Shown here piece by piece: positions 26,674 through 37,031 of a stretch of 39,655 nucleotides of DNA; positions within the stretch are counted from its first letter, which is position 1; the number at the start of each line of letters is the position of its first letter. The stretch comes from a virus (lineage: Duplodnaviria; Caudoviricetes). The DNA is taken from positions 1-39,655 of IMG/VR virus record IMGVR_UViG_3300027769_000061; one strand, written 5' to 3'. Below the pieces are notes generated by a model. That model saw only the letters and a list, made by a program, of their open reading frames with translations. It did not search any database and was not told where the DNA came from. Both the position numbers and the translations under genes were made by a program.

Positions 26674-29600
26674 TTAATTGAACATGTATTTTCTAACATC
26701 AGTAACATTAGAAATATTTTTCATTATATTAACTATTTCAAAACTAACTAAATCTGGGTGATACCACCAATCTTCAAATGGACAAAAATCATTAGCAGAA
26801 ACATTTGTTACAACGAGTTTATATCCCTTTGATTCCAAATATTCTCTTGACTTATTCCTATAGGAATTAGTCATATCTACATAATGATCATGTTCATAAG
26901 TAATAATAGCAAATTTATATTTTTCAAATGGAATCATAAGAAGAATTTCAAAAGTTGTTTTTGATGGTTCACAATCAATTTGCAAATAATCAAAGATATT
27001 ACCTTTTCCAAATTCATCTAACAAATATGTATAATCAATTGTAGTAGCATCTTGACAAATAATAGAATTTTTTCTTTGTTGTCTAAACATATTACAAAGA
27101 TCTTCTCGAATTTCAATAGAAATACCCTTCCAATCATATTCAGTTTCTAAAAGTGCAGTGTTATTTTGAAAGAATGGTTCTTGTGCCCCAATCTCTAAAT
27201 AAAGTCCATTTCTTTTTCCATTAAGTAGAGAAAGAATAAACATATCCTGGAATGCTTGAGAATAATTTCTTTCAATTTTTTCTAAACCACCAAATTTAAA
27301 TCGAAACTGATTGTACCTACTCTTATTATACTTTATTTCTTCTTCTGGAACATGACCACTGGCATATCCCATCAGTTTTTTCCCTATTATATCATAATAT
27401 TCTGAAGAAAGTTCATAATTTTCTTTTATTTCTTGAAGCAATTGTCTTGTTTCTTTTCCTTTACCCCACCACCAAGCGGCAACTGATTTTTCATAAAGCA
27501 GTCCATATTTTCCTGGATATTCAACATCTGTTCTTAAAGGTTTGCAATCAAATCTACAATATCTAAGAGCCAAATCGGCATTCATATAACAATCTTGCCA
27601 CCAATCTCTTTTTTCAGCAAAGCGACTCAGAAGAAAATATGCTTCTGGGCGGTGAGGAAGAAACGCTTGTGCTTGCCACAACATAGATCTTGAACTTCCA
27701 TCTCTTGTTCCTTGTTTTTCATAACAATAAGATCCGCGAATTAAAGCCTCATAAGCAAGATCCTCATCTTCTGCTCTCTCAGCACATCTTAGATAATATG
27801 AAAGTGCAGGTGCAGTATGACCTTTATTTTCATACCAAACTCCCAATGCAAAATTATGATCTGCATTTTCAGTATCTAAAGAATATTTCGTAAGTAATTC
27901 TTCAAATTCAGATTTTGATGAAATACTCGGCAATAAAAATTCTTTAACTCTTGGTAAATCAAAAATAATTTGAGGAAGAGTTTCATGTGGATATTTTTTC
28001 ATAACCGTTCCAATGTGCCCAGAAACACTAATATTTCCTTCCTCTGCTTTATGATTTTCTATAAATTCTTCCATCAACTTTCCAGAACATTTTTTATAAA
28101 TGATATGTTCAAATTCATGATCATAATGACTATAAGATAAAGATTTTAATTTCTTTCTATCAGTATCCCCCATCCAACTAAAATGCCATCCCATATCTTC
28201 ATATCTTAGATAATTTTCATTTTCATATTGACCAATATATGAAATTGGATAAGAAATATTAAAATTAGATCTAATTTCATTTGGTGTGTGAGTTTTTAAA
28301 TGATTTTTTGTCGCCAAGAACATAGAGCAGTCCCATTGAACTGGATTATTATTTGATTCATAAAACAATCTTAAATCTGCTCTACCTTCAAGATAGACTA
28401 AAGGAATCTTAAATATAATATTTGGATTACTTCTAATGATATTGGGAACATAAGTAAGATGTTCTGGATTAATAATTTCGTCACAATCACTTACAATGAA
28501 AACAGTTTCATCATCAAACTGATCAATGATAGAAAACAGTGCATCCTTTTGCAATCTATCCCTAGATCCAACTAACATTTTTTTATGATCATTATGATTG
28601 TAATACCTATCATGATCAGTAAAAACAACTTCATCATCATCGGAATGTAGGTTAAGTTCAATTACTTGAATTTTATTTTCATCCCACAGACCAAGTTCTT
28701 TAAGGGTATCTTTACAAGTAAAGGGTTTTACTTTTCCAGTATGAGATCTATTTGCATCAACAATTACAAATTTATCCACATGATCTTTAAGTAAATTAAT
28801 TCTCAATTCTAGAATTTCTTTCTCATTAAAATATGGAAAGTAATCAACGATTTTTGACTTAGGTTTGCGAGGTTTAATAGTAAATGATTTACTTTTAGGC
28901 ATTTTCTTCTCTTGCAAATTTCCTTTCCAATAATTCAACACTGTCTCATGAGCATAATAATGATCTCTCTTTTGTCCATCATTAACATCATCATCAGACC
29001 CAACAAATGTGGAACTAAATTCTATATTTTCAACAAATAAAGGAGCAGTATAAGTCTTACCAGAGAATAAAATATTTTCAATCAAAGGCATTACATCAGA
29101 ATTTGGCACCTCAAGATGATAAGTATCATTTCGAATGTAAATACCAATTAACATCTTCGCATAATCTCTAGTGATAATATATGCTGTTGCTGCCCAATCA
29201 TTCCACTGTCTCTCACGGAGTTCAAAGGTTTCAAAGTCACCACGAATAGTAAGAAGTTGAACACACTCAGCATCCAAAGGAATTTTTTTAATAAATTCTT
29301 CCCATGTAAAGTTCCAGTACTGAATAGTTTCAAGACTCAGATCATCCTCACAGAAGAATCCATAGTCTTCATCAGTGTTCTCATACCAATTTTTGATTGC
29401 TTTAAGATGAGATACTACACATCCTTTGGTGCCATCATTCAGAGTATAGGCATACTTACCAGTAACTACATCGTTTGATTCTGCAAATCTTTTTGAAATC
29501 ACAGAATTGATATTAGTAATTCCATGTTCATAGAATTGATTTACGAGAGTCATCTGGCGATCAATACTTTCTTCTAAACTTACATAGTTAACAGATGGAA

Positions 29601-31110
29601 ATTCTTTTAATTTTAGCATAATTGTATCTTCAGCAACATAATTTTGATCACCTATTTGATTAATTTTCCAACTTATTTTACGACCTTTTCTTCTAGAAGC
29701 ATCTCCATTTTTTTGCACTAAACGACTTACAACACCATAATAAGTTTGTGCATCTAGCATATCACCACTATAAAAATGAGAAAGATTATATCTTATTTGT
29801 TTTTCATCATTCAAATCATACTTACAATTTTCTATTCTTTTCTTATCAGAATGTGGAATATGAATTAAAGCGTGATCATAGGAAATCTTTTTATGCGATA
29901 ATCCCAAAGATTTTAGTTTAGTTTCCATATCACCATCTTCAAACCCATAAGTGTCAATTAATTCATTATATCCATTTACTTTTAAGAAATTATCTCTTGA
30001 TACATAGAGCATTCCTCTTAGATATCTAAAATAATGACTAAAACAATTTACATAGTCAACAACATTCATAAATTCATTCTTCGCCATGTCTATGGTATAT
30101 TCTCCATTCTGATCAGGTCCATAAACCAAATCCGGAGCATCATGAGCACCACTTACAAAGCATGTTTCATCTACTAAGTAAGATTCAAAGAAATTATAAT
30201 ATGGATTGATTATATAATCAGTATCAACCTTTAGAATGTAGTCTCCTGTTGCCTGACTTGCAGCAAGATTCAGTGGTTGTGCTAAATTAAAATATTTTTT
30301 ATTATTCACACGAATCACTTTGATTCTAGGATCCAACTGAGTCAGATTATGAATTGGTTCTTCAGAGTCCCAATCAACAATAATAATTTCTTTAATTGGA
30401 TCAAAGAGCAACCAAGAACTCAAAGAAACTCTAAGAGACTCAAGACGATTCTTACATACACAAATCAATGAAACATTAGGATTAGGATTAGATTTTTTTT
30501 CTTTCATATACAGAGCATCCCCCCATACCTCAGTATAATACCACTGAGTTTCTACCCTTTTAAATCCATATGTAGAAAGAAACTCATCAATTTCTTCAAC
30601 TCTTGCATTACCCTCATAAACTTCATCACGATTAACCTCACAATAAATGTAATCAATATTGTGCAATGTTTGTGTTGCTCCTTTTAGAACCTCAAGTTCA
30701 TATCCTTGAACATCGACAACGATCATATTATAATCCTTATAATCATAATCATCAAGTTTCTTCATCTCAACTTCTTCAGTTCCATTGAATAAAACTTCTG
30801 GATGTACAGTCAGATGAACCTTAGGAATAAGAATAGAACTACTCTGCGCCTCATTGCTACTAATGTTCATTATAACCTTTCGGTTATCATTTCCAAGAGC
30901 AACTTGATGGGCAACAATATTTCCACCAATATTCTTTACTGCCTCACTTAGTACTGAAAAGTTTGAAGACAATGGTTCAAACAAAACAATATTGTTTATA
31001 TTATGAGACTTATATTTCTGCAACTCACCACCATAATGTCCGCCAATATGAAGGAGTCCAGAAACATTCAAATTATATTTGTCATAGACATAATCAAAAT
31101 CTAGTATCAT
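26674..31110 (-). CDS. Multidomain glycan-modifying protein: FkbM methyltransferase + GT2/GT7C + GT25 + GT17 + TPR + second FkbM-like methyltransferase
   Basis: HIGGHYG/FEP/VDVQGYELEVLKG; EIIIVDW/KVDTD/GYNE..YGFED; GCVVSHL/CEDD/AYII; FNEKEILELR/VSDCDEI/GWHFSW; RPEAYFLL helical repeats; LEIGA/NNTALLE/YLQIDCE/FEDWW. Confidence 0.85.
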   Translation of the reverse strand: MILDFDYVYDKYNLNVSGLLHIGGHYGGELQKYKSHNINNIVLFEPLSSNFSVLSEAVKNIGGNIVAHQVALGNDNRKVIMNISSNEAQSSSILIPKVHLTVHPEVLFNGTEEVEMKKLDDYDYKDYNMIVVDVQGYELEVLKGATQTLHNIDYIYCEVNRDEVYEGNARVEEIDEFLSTYGFKRVETQWYYTEVWGDALYMKEKKSNPNPNVSLICVCKNRLESLRVSLSSWLLFDPIKEIIIVDWDSEEPIHNLTQLDPRIKVIRVNNKKYFNLAQPLNLAASQATGDYILKVDTDYIINPYYNFFESYLVDETCFVSGAHDAPDLVYGPDQNGEYTIDMAKNEFMNVVDYVNCFSHYFRYLRGMLYVSRDNFLKVNGYNELIDTYGFEDGDMETKLKSLGLSHKKISYDHALIHIPHSDKKRIENCKYDLNDEKQIRYNLSHFYSGDMLDAQTYYGVVSRLVQKNGDASRRKGRKISWKINQIGDQNYVAEDTIMLKLKEFPSVNYVSLEESIDRQMTLVNQFYEHGITNINSVISKRFAESNDVVTGKYAYTLNDGTKGCVVSHLKAIKNWYENTDEDYGFFCEDDLSLETIQYWNFTWEEFIKKIPLDAECVQLLTIRGDFETFELRERQWNDWAATAYIITRDYAKMLIGIYIRNDTYHLEVPNSDVMPLIENILFSGKTYTAPLFVENIEFSSTFVGSDDDVNDGQKRDHYYAHETVLNYWKGNLQEKKMPKSKSFTIKPRKPKSKIVDYFPYFNEKEILELRINLLKDHVDKFVIVDANRSHTGKVKPFTCKDTLKELGLWDENKIQVIELNLHSDDDEVVFTDHDRYYNHNDHKKMLVGSRDRLQKDALFSIIDQFDDETVFIVSDCDEIINPEHLTYVPNIIRSNPNIIFKIPLVYLEGRADLRLFYESNNNPVQWDCSMFLATKNHLKTHTPNEIRSNFNISYPISYIGQYENENYLRYEDMGWHFSWMGDTDRKKLKSLSYSHYDHEFEHIIYKKCSGKLMEEFIENHKAEEGNISVSGHIGTVMKKYPHETLPQIIFDLPRVKEFLLPSISSKSEFEELLTKYSLDTENADHNFALGVWYENKGHTAPALSYYLRCAERAEDEDLAYEALIRGSYCYEKQGTRDGSSRSMLWQAQAFLPHRPEAYFLLSRFAEKRDWWQDCYMNADLALRYCRFDCKPLRTDVEYPGKYGLLYEKSVAAWWWGKGKETRQLLQEIKENYELSSEYYDIIGKKLMGYASGHVPEEEIKYNKSRYNQFRFKFGGLEKIERNYSQAFQDMFILSLLNGKRNGLYLEIGAQEPFFQNNTALLETEYDWKGISIEIREDLCNMFRQQRKNSIICQDATTIDYTYLLDEFGKGNIFDYLQIDCEPSKTTFEILLMIPFEKYKFAIITYEHDHYVDMTNSYRNKSREYLESKGYKLVVTNVSANDFCPFEDWWYHPDLVSFEIVNIMKNISNVTDVRKYMFN

Positions 31111-31148
31111 ATTTTTATCTCCTTTTAAAAACTATCTTATTCATACTA

Positions 31149-31973
31149 TTATACCATGTTCGCAATATAATTTTGATCATCTAATTGAATTATGTCCCAG
31201 TTTATTTTTGGTTCAACATAGTAAGAAGTAGAATTATAGAATGTTTGTACATTAGAATTAATATGACTCTCAGCTAAAACATATTCAACATTCCATTCCA
31301 ATTCATTTCCACTCAAACCTTGAGATAACTGCCCCCTTATCGATTCATTCAAATCAGTATTAGAAGTATATCCCTTAAAGTTTGAAATTCTTTCCTTATT
31401 TGAATGTGGAATATGTATAAGTGTATAATCCAAGTTTAATTTTTGCTTGGTTAATCCATATAATTCCAATCTATTTTCTATCTCACCATCTTCTCCACCA
31501 TAATATTCTCCCATATTTTCATTCCATGCACCAACTGCTTCTAAAAACTTTCTTTTAATATAAAGAATTCCTCTCAGATATACAAAATAAGGTTGTACAG
31601 AACCATCTATATTACTAATACTAGGATCTCCACAAACAAAAGAATTATCATCAATCACATACCTATCAAAAAAATTCCAATAAGGATTAAAAACATGATC
31701 AGAATCGACTTTTATTACAGATTCTTGAGTACAAAGTTTTAATGCTAAATTTAATGGTTGTGGTTGATTAAAAAATTCTTGATTAGAGACTCTTATTACT
31801 TTAATTTTAGGATCCAAATTAGTAATATAATCAATCGGTTTATCCGAGTTCCAATCAACAATAATAATTTCTACAATCTCATCAATCAATAACCAAGATG
31901 CTAGAGAAATTAAAAGTGGTTTAATTCTATTTTTGCAGGCACAGATTAATGAAATTTTGTTATTTTTTTCCAT
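31149..31973 (-). CDS. Glycosyltransferase (GT2/GT7C-like)
   Basis: SLICACKNR...EIIIVDWNS...KVDSD...GAWNE...YGGED; paralogous to domain 2 of the 1478-aa protein. Confidence 0.85.
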   Translation of the reverse strand: MEKNNKISLICACKNRIKPLLISLASWLLIDEIVEIIIVDWNSDKPIDYITNLDPKIKVIRVSNQEFFNQPQPLNLALKLCTQESVIKVDSDHVFNPYWNFFDRYVIDDNSFVCGDPSISNIDGSVQPYFVYLRGILYIKRKFLEAVGAWNENMGEYYGGEDGEIENRLELYGLTKQKLNLDYTLIHIPHSNKERISNFKGYTSNTDLNESIRGQLSQGLSGNELEWNVEYVLAESHINSNVQTFYNSTSYYVEPKINWDIIQLDDQNYIANMV

Positions 31974-31981
31974 ATAAATTT

Positions 31982-32647
31982 TTAATTCATTGTTCTATAT
32001 ATTTGTTCATTTACCCACAATTTTTCTCTTCCAGAAGTTAAAACTTCAGTATATTTACATTCACTCAAAAAATTAGAAATTAATTCTACCGAAGGTATAA
32101 TTTTGTCTTGAAGACCATATTCAAATTGAATAAAAGATATTCTTTTTTCTTTAAGGAGTTTTTTTGCACCTAAAAGTATTTTATATTCTGCCCCTTCAGT
32201 ATCAATTTTTAAATAATCAATATGTTCCAAGTTCAATTCAAAACTTAATGTATCTAATGTTTTACATTCAATTTCTTTGGTTTGAACATTATATTGACTA
32301 AAAGATTCTTGTTTATAAAAACTGGAAATAACATGGTGTACTCCAGGAAAAAATATTGTTTCAAAACAATTTCTATCAGATAAACCTATTTTCAATAAAT
32401 CAACTCTATAATCATTTCCCCATCTATTTTCATAAGTTCCCCAATGCAGAGGTTCTATACCAATGCATTTTGAATTGGGCAATCTTTCTAATACAAGAAA
32501 AGTAAAATCATCATTCCAATTTTCAACCCATTCAGCATAGTTCATTTCTACTATTGGATCAATATTACAACCAACATCAATTACTGTTGAGTTTATAGGC
32601 AAATATGGAAGTGCAAAATTAATACAATTTTTATAATCTAAACTCAT
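31982..32647 (-). CDS. FkbM family methyltransferase
   Basis: VIDVGCN, IEP, TLD...IDYLKIDTEGAEYKILLGA...IQFEY. Confidence 0.88.
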   Translation of the reverse strand: MSLDYKNCINFALPYLPINSTVIDVGCNIDPIVEMNYAEWVENWNDDFTFLVLERLPNSKCIGIEPLHWGTYENRWGNDYRVDLLKIGLSDRNCFETIFFPGVHHVISSFYKQESFSQYNVQTKEIECKTLDTLSFELNLEHIDYLKIDTEGAEYKILLGAKKLLKEKRISFIQFEYGLQDKIIPSVELISNFLSECKYTEVLTSGREKLWVNEQIYRTMN

Positions 32648-33319
32648 TTATTTTACTACCATTAAAATAATTTTATCATTATTAAAGTCTCCTAATTCAA
32701 CATTTTCATGATCAAATTCAATGAAAGAGATTGATTCAAAAAATTTATCGTGTCCATATCTTTTAATTTCTAAAATATAATCATAATTTGAAATATTCTT
32801 ATCAATATCTTCAATAATTAAAAAAGATCCATTTTTTAAATAATCTACAGATAACCTAATAACTCTTATTTGATCCCAAAATAAATGACTTGCATCATCG
32901 AGTAAAACATCAAATTTCATACCACAATTTAAAAATGCATTTTGAATAGATTTTTCATATTCAGTATGCATATAACCATAAAAAACATCATTTAAATTAT
33001 TAACTTTTGCTTTTTCTATACATTCGACGGATCCATCCCAAGCATATATTTTAGCCCTTGAGAAATATTCTCTCCACATTTTGATTGAGGCATTATTAGC
33101 TATTCCAATTTCTCCAAAATTTATTTCTTGATTTTTTAAAGTAGAAAATAAAATAGAATAAAAGCAAGTATAAGAATGCCTATAATCTTTATTATAATAT
33201 AATTTAGTTAAATCACTAAACAGAGGAGATTTGTCAGTTCCATATTTAGAACCAATTTCACAAAGATCTGTTTTAGAATCATAGTAATTAATACAATAAT
33301 TATTAATTTTCATATACAT
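32648..33319 (-). CDS. Class I SAM-dependent (sugar O-) methyltransferase
   Basis: KYGTDK...HSY..FY...EIGI...SIKMWREYF...FDVLLDDASH...IIEDI. Confidence 0.8.
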   Translation of the reverse strand: MYMKINNYCINYYDSKTDLCEIGSKYGTDKSPLFSDLTKLYYNKDYRHSYTCFYSILFSTLKNQEINFGEIGIANNASIKMWREYFSRAKIYAWDGSVECIEKAKVNNLNDVFYGYMHTEYEKSIQNAFLNCGMKFDVLLDDASHLFWDQIRVIRLSVDYLKNGSFLIIEDIDKNISNYDYILEIKRYGHDKFFESISFIEFDHENVELGDFNNDKIILMVVK

Positions 33320-33322
33320 TCA

Positions 33323-34300
33323 CTATTCAAAAATAAATTCTTGAACGATTTTTTGTGGTACTCTAAGAAGATAAGCAGCATTATCTTGAAAACCAAAAGT
33401 GATCAAATAATCATCACCATATTCACACATACCTACAGCAAATTCAATTTCAGCATTCAAAAAAGAAAACCTTGGAGAAACCTTAACAATATTCCAATAC
33501 TTATCCCAAACCGTAAATCTATGGCGATAAGTACCATCTTTTCTATCCTGTTCACTTTTAAAGAGAAAGGTTTCATGATTAAGTGCTAAATGATATTCAC
33601 CAAAAGGAATAACTTGAGATCCTCCACGAAGATCAATACAACCAAGTTCTTTGTAATTAATAAGATTTACAGTTTCTGTTTTGCCATTTTCAATATTATA
33701 CTTAACAACTTCAGTCCCATTAGTCCATTTCACAAAATGATAGGGCATATTGAGAATTGGCATCCAGTTCTTTTCACAGTAAGAACTATTATCGCCTGGA
33801 GTTGGAATACGATGTTGACTTAATTCTTTCACATCGTTTTCAGTAATCTCAATTTCACAAAGTTCCATTCTACCCGTGCCGACAGTATCAAGATCTCTTC
33901 TGACGCCACAGGTATAAAGTTTTCCATCCCAGCGGACAATACGAGCATCTTCTAATCCAACAAATTCCCAAAGTTCTTTATCTGGGTGATTAGAAGTATC
34001 AATATGATGATACCATTTAATTCGCATATTTTCATCCAGTTCACATATAATGTTCCAAGTACGAAGACGAAGATCATTCTCAGGATGAATATAGATCAAA
34101 GGTCCCCAATGATGCTCAAACTTCTTTTTTTCCGAATGATATAAAGTATAGTTAATATTTCTGAGATTTACAAGAATTCTACCATTATCATTGTAAATGG
34201 AAGGATTTGTAAGTGCTGGTCCTTTTAAATCTGTCGAAGGAATAATTAGTGGATGTATAGTTCCACCATTTTCCAATGCAAGTTTAACAAAATTACTCAT
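33323..34300 (-). CDS. Five-bladed beta-propeller glycoside phosphorylase/transferase-like protein (GH130-related)
   Basis: NPSI, GLEDARI, EKNWMP, LRGGS, IEFAVG and FGFQD motifs. Confidence 0.7.
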   Translation of the reverse strand: MSNFVKLALENGGTIHPLIIPSTDLKGPALTNPSIYNDNGRILVNLRNINYTLYHSEKKKFEHHWGPLIYIHPENDLRLRTWNIICELDENMRIKWYHHIDTSNHPDKELWEFVGLEDARIVRWDGKLYTCGVRRDLDTVGTGRMELCEIEITENDVKELSQHRIPTPGDNSSYCEKNWMPILNMPYHFVKWTNGTEVVKYNIENGKTETVNLINYKELGCIDLRGGSQVIPFGEYHLALNHETFLFKSEQDRKDGTYRHRFTVWDKYWNIVKVSPRFSFLNAEIEFAVGMCEYGDDYLITFGFQDNAAYLLRVPQKIVQEFIFE

Positions 34301-34336
34301 AAAATTTTATATTGGCAGTGATCAATACTTTTTAGT

Positions 34337-34365
34337 ATTATAGTGAATTTATAGTTAAATGTCAA
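34337..34365 (-). promoter_or_regulatory. Perfect sigma70 consensus promoter for the glycan-modification operon
   Basis: TTGACA-N17-TATAAT, 36 nt upstream of the ATG at 34300. Confidence 0.85.
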
Positions 34366-34393
34366 CTACAATAAATTCTACCAAGATCCTCAA

Positions 34394-36052
34394 TCAAATA
34401 GAAGTTACAAGCAAACTCATGCCAGTAACGATTATACCAGTATCGGTTCCTTTGTTGCGAATATGAAGTTCAACATAATCATTTTGCTTATGATCGTGAA
34501 TGTCAGTCAAATGAACAGTATAAAATTGTCCATATGTTGTGTTATTAACTAAAGTTGCAGAAGACCTAAGAATTGTACCAATTCCTGCGGATGAATCATA
34601 ATCATAAATTCCAACCTCTACATCAAAATCAATAAATGGTCCAGAAGCAGGAACATCTTGAGTGAAAGTAACTGTTGCTTGAGATAAAAACTTTCTATCA
34701 GTTGCAACATTATAAGTTACTCTATTATCAGTTGCAGTAAATTTAGAATTGATTGCACCATCAGTGGTTGTGATTCCTGCAATTTTAGTCCAAATATCCG
34801 TAGATCCAATACCAATAACTGTAGGAGTAGAATTATTCTTCATATAAAATTGACCAGAAGGAAATGTATTGTCTATACCACGATTTCCTTCAAAGAAACT
34901 ATCTCTACCATTAATGTCGGTATGAGTACTCACTCCAATCTTAGTTCCAGGTCCTGAAAAATTACAAGTCTGTATAATAAAACTTTCAGGTTGAGAGAAT
35001 GTAACACCATCCTGAACGGTTATTCCAGTATAACCAGAAGGAACTACGAATGAACAAACTGTTGTACGAATTCTTCTAGTACAAATAAAGGTACTTGGAA
35101 AATTAAGAATAGATTTTGTTCCACCAAGTCCAAAGTTTCCACTAAACAAACACTGATTAAATCCTACGGTTCCTGTCGTTCCGTCAAAAGTCAAATCCTG
35201 AGAATTCAAAAATGCACCGTCAAGTAAAATAAAATTATTATAACTTGAGATAATTCCTACTTTTGCACAGTTGGTAAAATTAACTCCAAACCAATCAAGT
35301 GCTTGTGTTCCATATCCAGTTGCATCAAGATTGATTGCATAAGGTGCCTCAAAAGTGATGTTGCGAATTGGAATAGAATAATTACTACTTAAAAGTGCAG
35401 TAGTTGTGCTGATACCTGTGGATTTAATTCTACAATTTTCACTTGAACCACCAAGAATTGTTGTGTTCTGTCCTGCAACAAGACGATTTCCTTGCAAATC
35501 TACAGTAGTTGTGAAGAAATAAGTATAATTATCTTTAAGAGTAATTACTCCGTTTACTGCTGGAGGTAAATCATTCTTAGTTCCAACAAAAATAAAGTTT
35601 ACAACATCATCAAGAAACTTAAACTGAGTTTCACCACCTCCACCAATCGTTGCCATCTGCTGTTGGATACGATTAATAAACAATTGATAATGATCGTTGA
35701 GTTGATCAAATGTTACAAAGTTTTGGTCTAATGGTGTAAGAGGATCAGTATTTTTTACATTTGGAGGTTCATTCAATAAACCTTCGTTAAGATTTTTCTT
35801 TGGTTGTGGAATAGGAGTATTCTTAAGTTGCTGACGAAGTTCATAAACATCATCGTGTTGATTCACTACCAAGTTTTGCAAGAACTCAATATTCTCTGTA
35901 AGTTGTTGTGTTTGTTCTTTTAATCTATCAACTTCTGTTTTCTTCTGATCTGCTTCATATTCTTCATAAGTTCGCTTCTTACCAGAAGAACTCTTAGGAG
36001 TTGATGGATTCTTCGGACTAACATGATGTAAAATTTTAGAATATCTATTCAT
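34394..36052 (-). CDS. Probable virion protein: coiled-coil N-terminus and beta-rich C-terminus
   Basis: DPLTPLDQNFVT...RIQQQMATIGGGGE...LDDV junction, followed by a beta-helix-like and beta-sandwich-like region. Late promoter upstream. Confidence 0.65.
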   Translation of the reverse strand: MNRYSKILHHVSPKNPSTPKSSSGKKRTYEEYEADQKKTEVDRLKEQTQQLTENIEFLQNLVVNQHDDVYELRQQLKNTPIPQPKKNLNEGLLNEPPNVKNTDPLTPLDQNFVTFDQLNDHYQLFINRIQQQMATIGGGGETQFKFLDDVVNFIFVGTKNDLPPAVNGVITLKDNYTYFFTTTVDLQGNRLVAGQNTTILGGSSENCRIKSTGISTTTALLSSNYSIPIRNITFEAPYAINLDATGYGTQALDWFGVNFTNCAKVGIISSYNNFILLDGAFLNSQDLTFDGTTGTVGFNQCLFSGNFGLGGTKSILNFPSTFICTRRIRTTVCSFVVPSGYTGITVQDGVTFSQPESFIIQTCNFSGPGTKIGVSTHTDINGRDSFFEGNRGIDNTFPSGQFYMKNNSTPTVIGIGSTDIWTKIAGITTTDGAINSKFTATDNRVTYNVATDRKFLSQATVTFTQDVPASGPFIDFDVEVGIYDYDSSAGIGTILRSSATLVNNTTYGQFYTVHLTDIHDHKQNDYVELHIRNKGTDTGIIVTGMSLLVTSI

Positions 36053-36070
36053 TATTATGTTCTTTTTGAG

Positions 36071-36077
36071 TATTTAT
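36071..36077 (-). promoter_or_regulatory. Late promoter (ATAAATA)
   Basis: 18 nt upstream of the ATG at 36052. Confidence 0.6.
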
Positions 36078-36084
36078 TATTTTA

Positions 36085-37020
36085 TCACCAATAATATATG
36101 ATTACCAGACCATTACCTCCTTTTCCTCCAATAGAACTTCCATTTGATCCGGCAGAACCAGAACCACCACCTCCAGAACCAAATCCAGCATTACCTCCCG
36201 GACCTCCAGGTAATGTGGTTGAGGTTGAAGCACCACCTCCAGTTCCTCCGGTGGAAATTAAAGGTTGATAACGTTCTGTTCCAGTAAGCCCAGCAGTATC
36301 ATTTGCTCCACCAGATACAGTGGGCAATAAAATATTTGATGTTGGGGTGGTTATATTCCCTCCCGCACCACTTGCTCCACCGCCGCCACCAGATCCTCCA
36401 GAAAGTAATAATCCTGATGTTGGATAAGTAACAGAAAGACCGGCACCTCCTGTTTGGACTCCACCAGCAACTCCCGCAGATCCTGCATATGCAATAAACT
36501 CACCATAACCAGAAAGTAAAGTATTTGCTCTTGTGGCAACAGCAGCAGCAGGTCCACCAGTTCCTCCTCTGTTAGATCTTGCTCCATTACCGGGAGCACC
36601 GGCACCATTTGCAAAACAAAGAGTATAAATTGCAGTTAATGCAGTATAAGGAATAACGGAGACATAAGAACCTGTTCCTGCTTGACCATCGTTACCATTG
36701 GAACCATTTGCACTACTAGGAGCACCATTTCCACCTCTTCCTGCAGAAATATATAATCTATCTGGTATAAATTGTGCAGGAACACTTACCATAGTAAATC
36801 CACCAGAAGCACCACCTCCTCCACCACCTCTTGCGGTGGTAGTGGCAGATGCAAACCCTGTACCACCACCCGAACCACCACCAATGCAAATTATTCTTAT
36901 TTCAGTAATTCCTCTAGGTTTTTCCCAAGTTTCCCAAGATTGACCTAGAGAAGTTGATTTGCCAATAAAGTAATCAGCATTTCCAGTGGTTGGTTTTGGT
37001 AAATGTAGTAAATCAATCAT
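36085..37020 (-). CDS. Glycine-rich virion protein, paralog A
   Basis: WEKPRGIT.I..CIGGG.GG...GG.GGNGLVIIYYW, a typical phage glycine-rich domain. Confidence 0.8.
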   Translation of the reverse strand: MIDLLHLPKPTTGNADYFIGKSTSLGQSWETWEKPRGITEIRIICIGGGSGGGTGFASATTTARGGGGGGASGGFTMVSVPAQFIPDRLYISAGRGGNGAPSSANGSNGNDGQAGTGSYVSVIPYTALTAIYTLCFANGAGAPGNGARSNRGGTGGPAAAVATRANTLLSGYGEFIAYAGSAGVAGGVQTGGAGLSVTYPTSGLLLSGGSGGGGGASGAGGNITTPTSNILLPTVSGGANDTAGLTGTERYQPLISTGGTGGGASTSTTLPGGPGGNAGFGSGGGGSGSAGSNGSSIGGKGGNGLVIIYYW

Positions 37021-37031
37021 TTTTTATTTCT

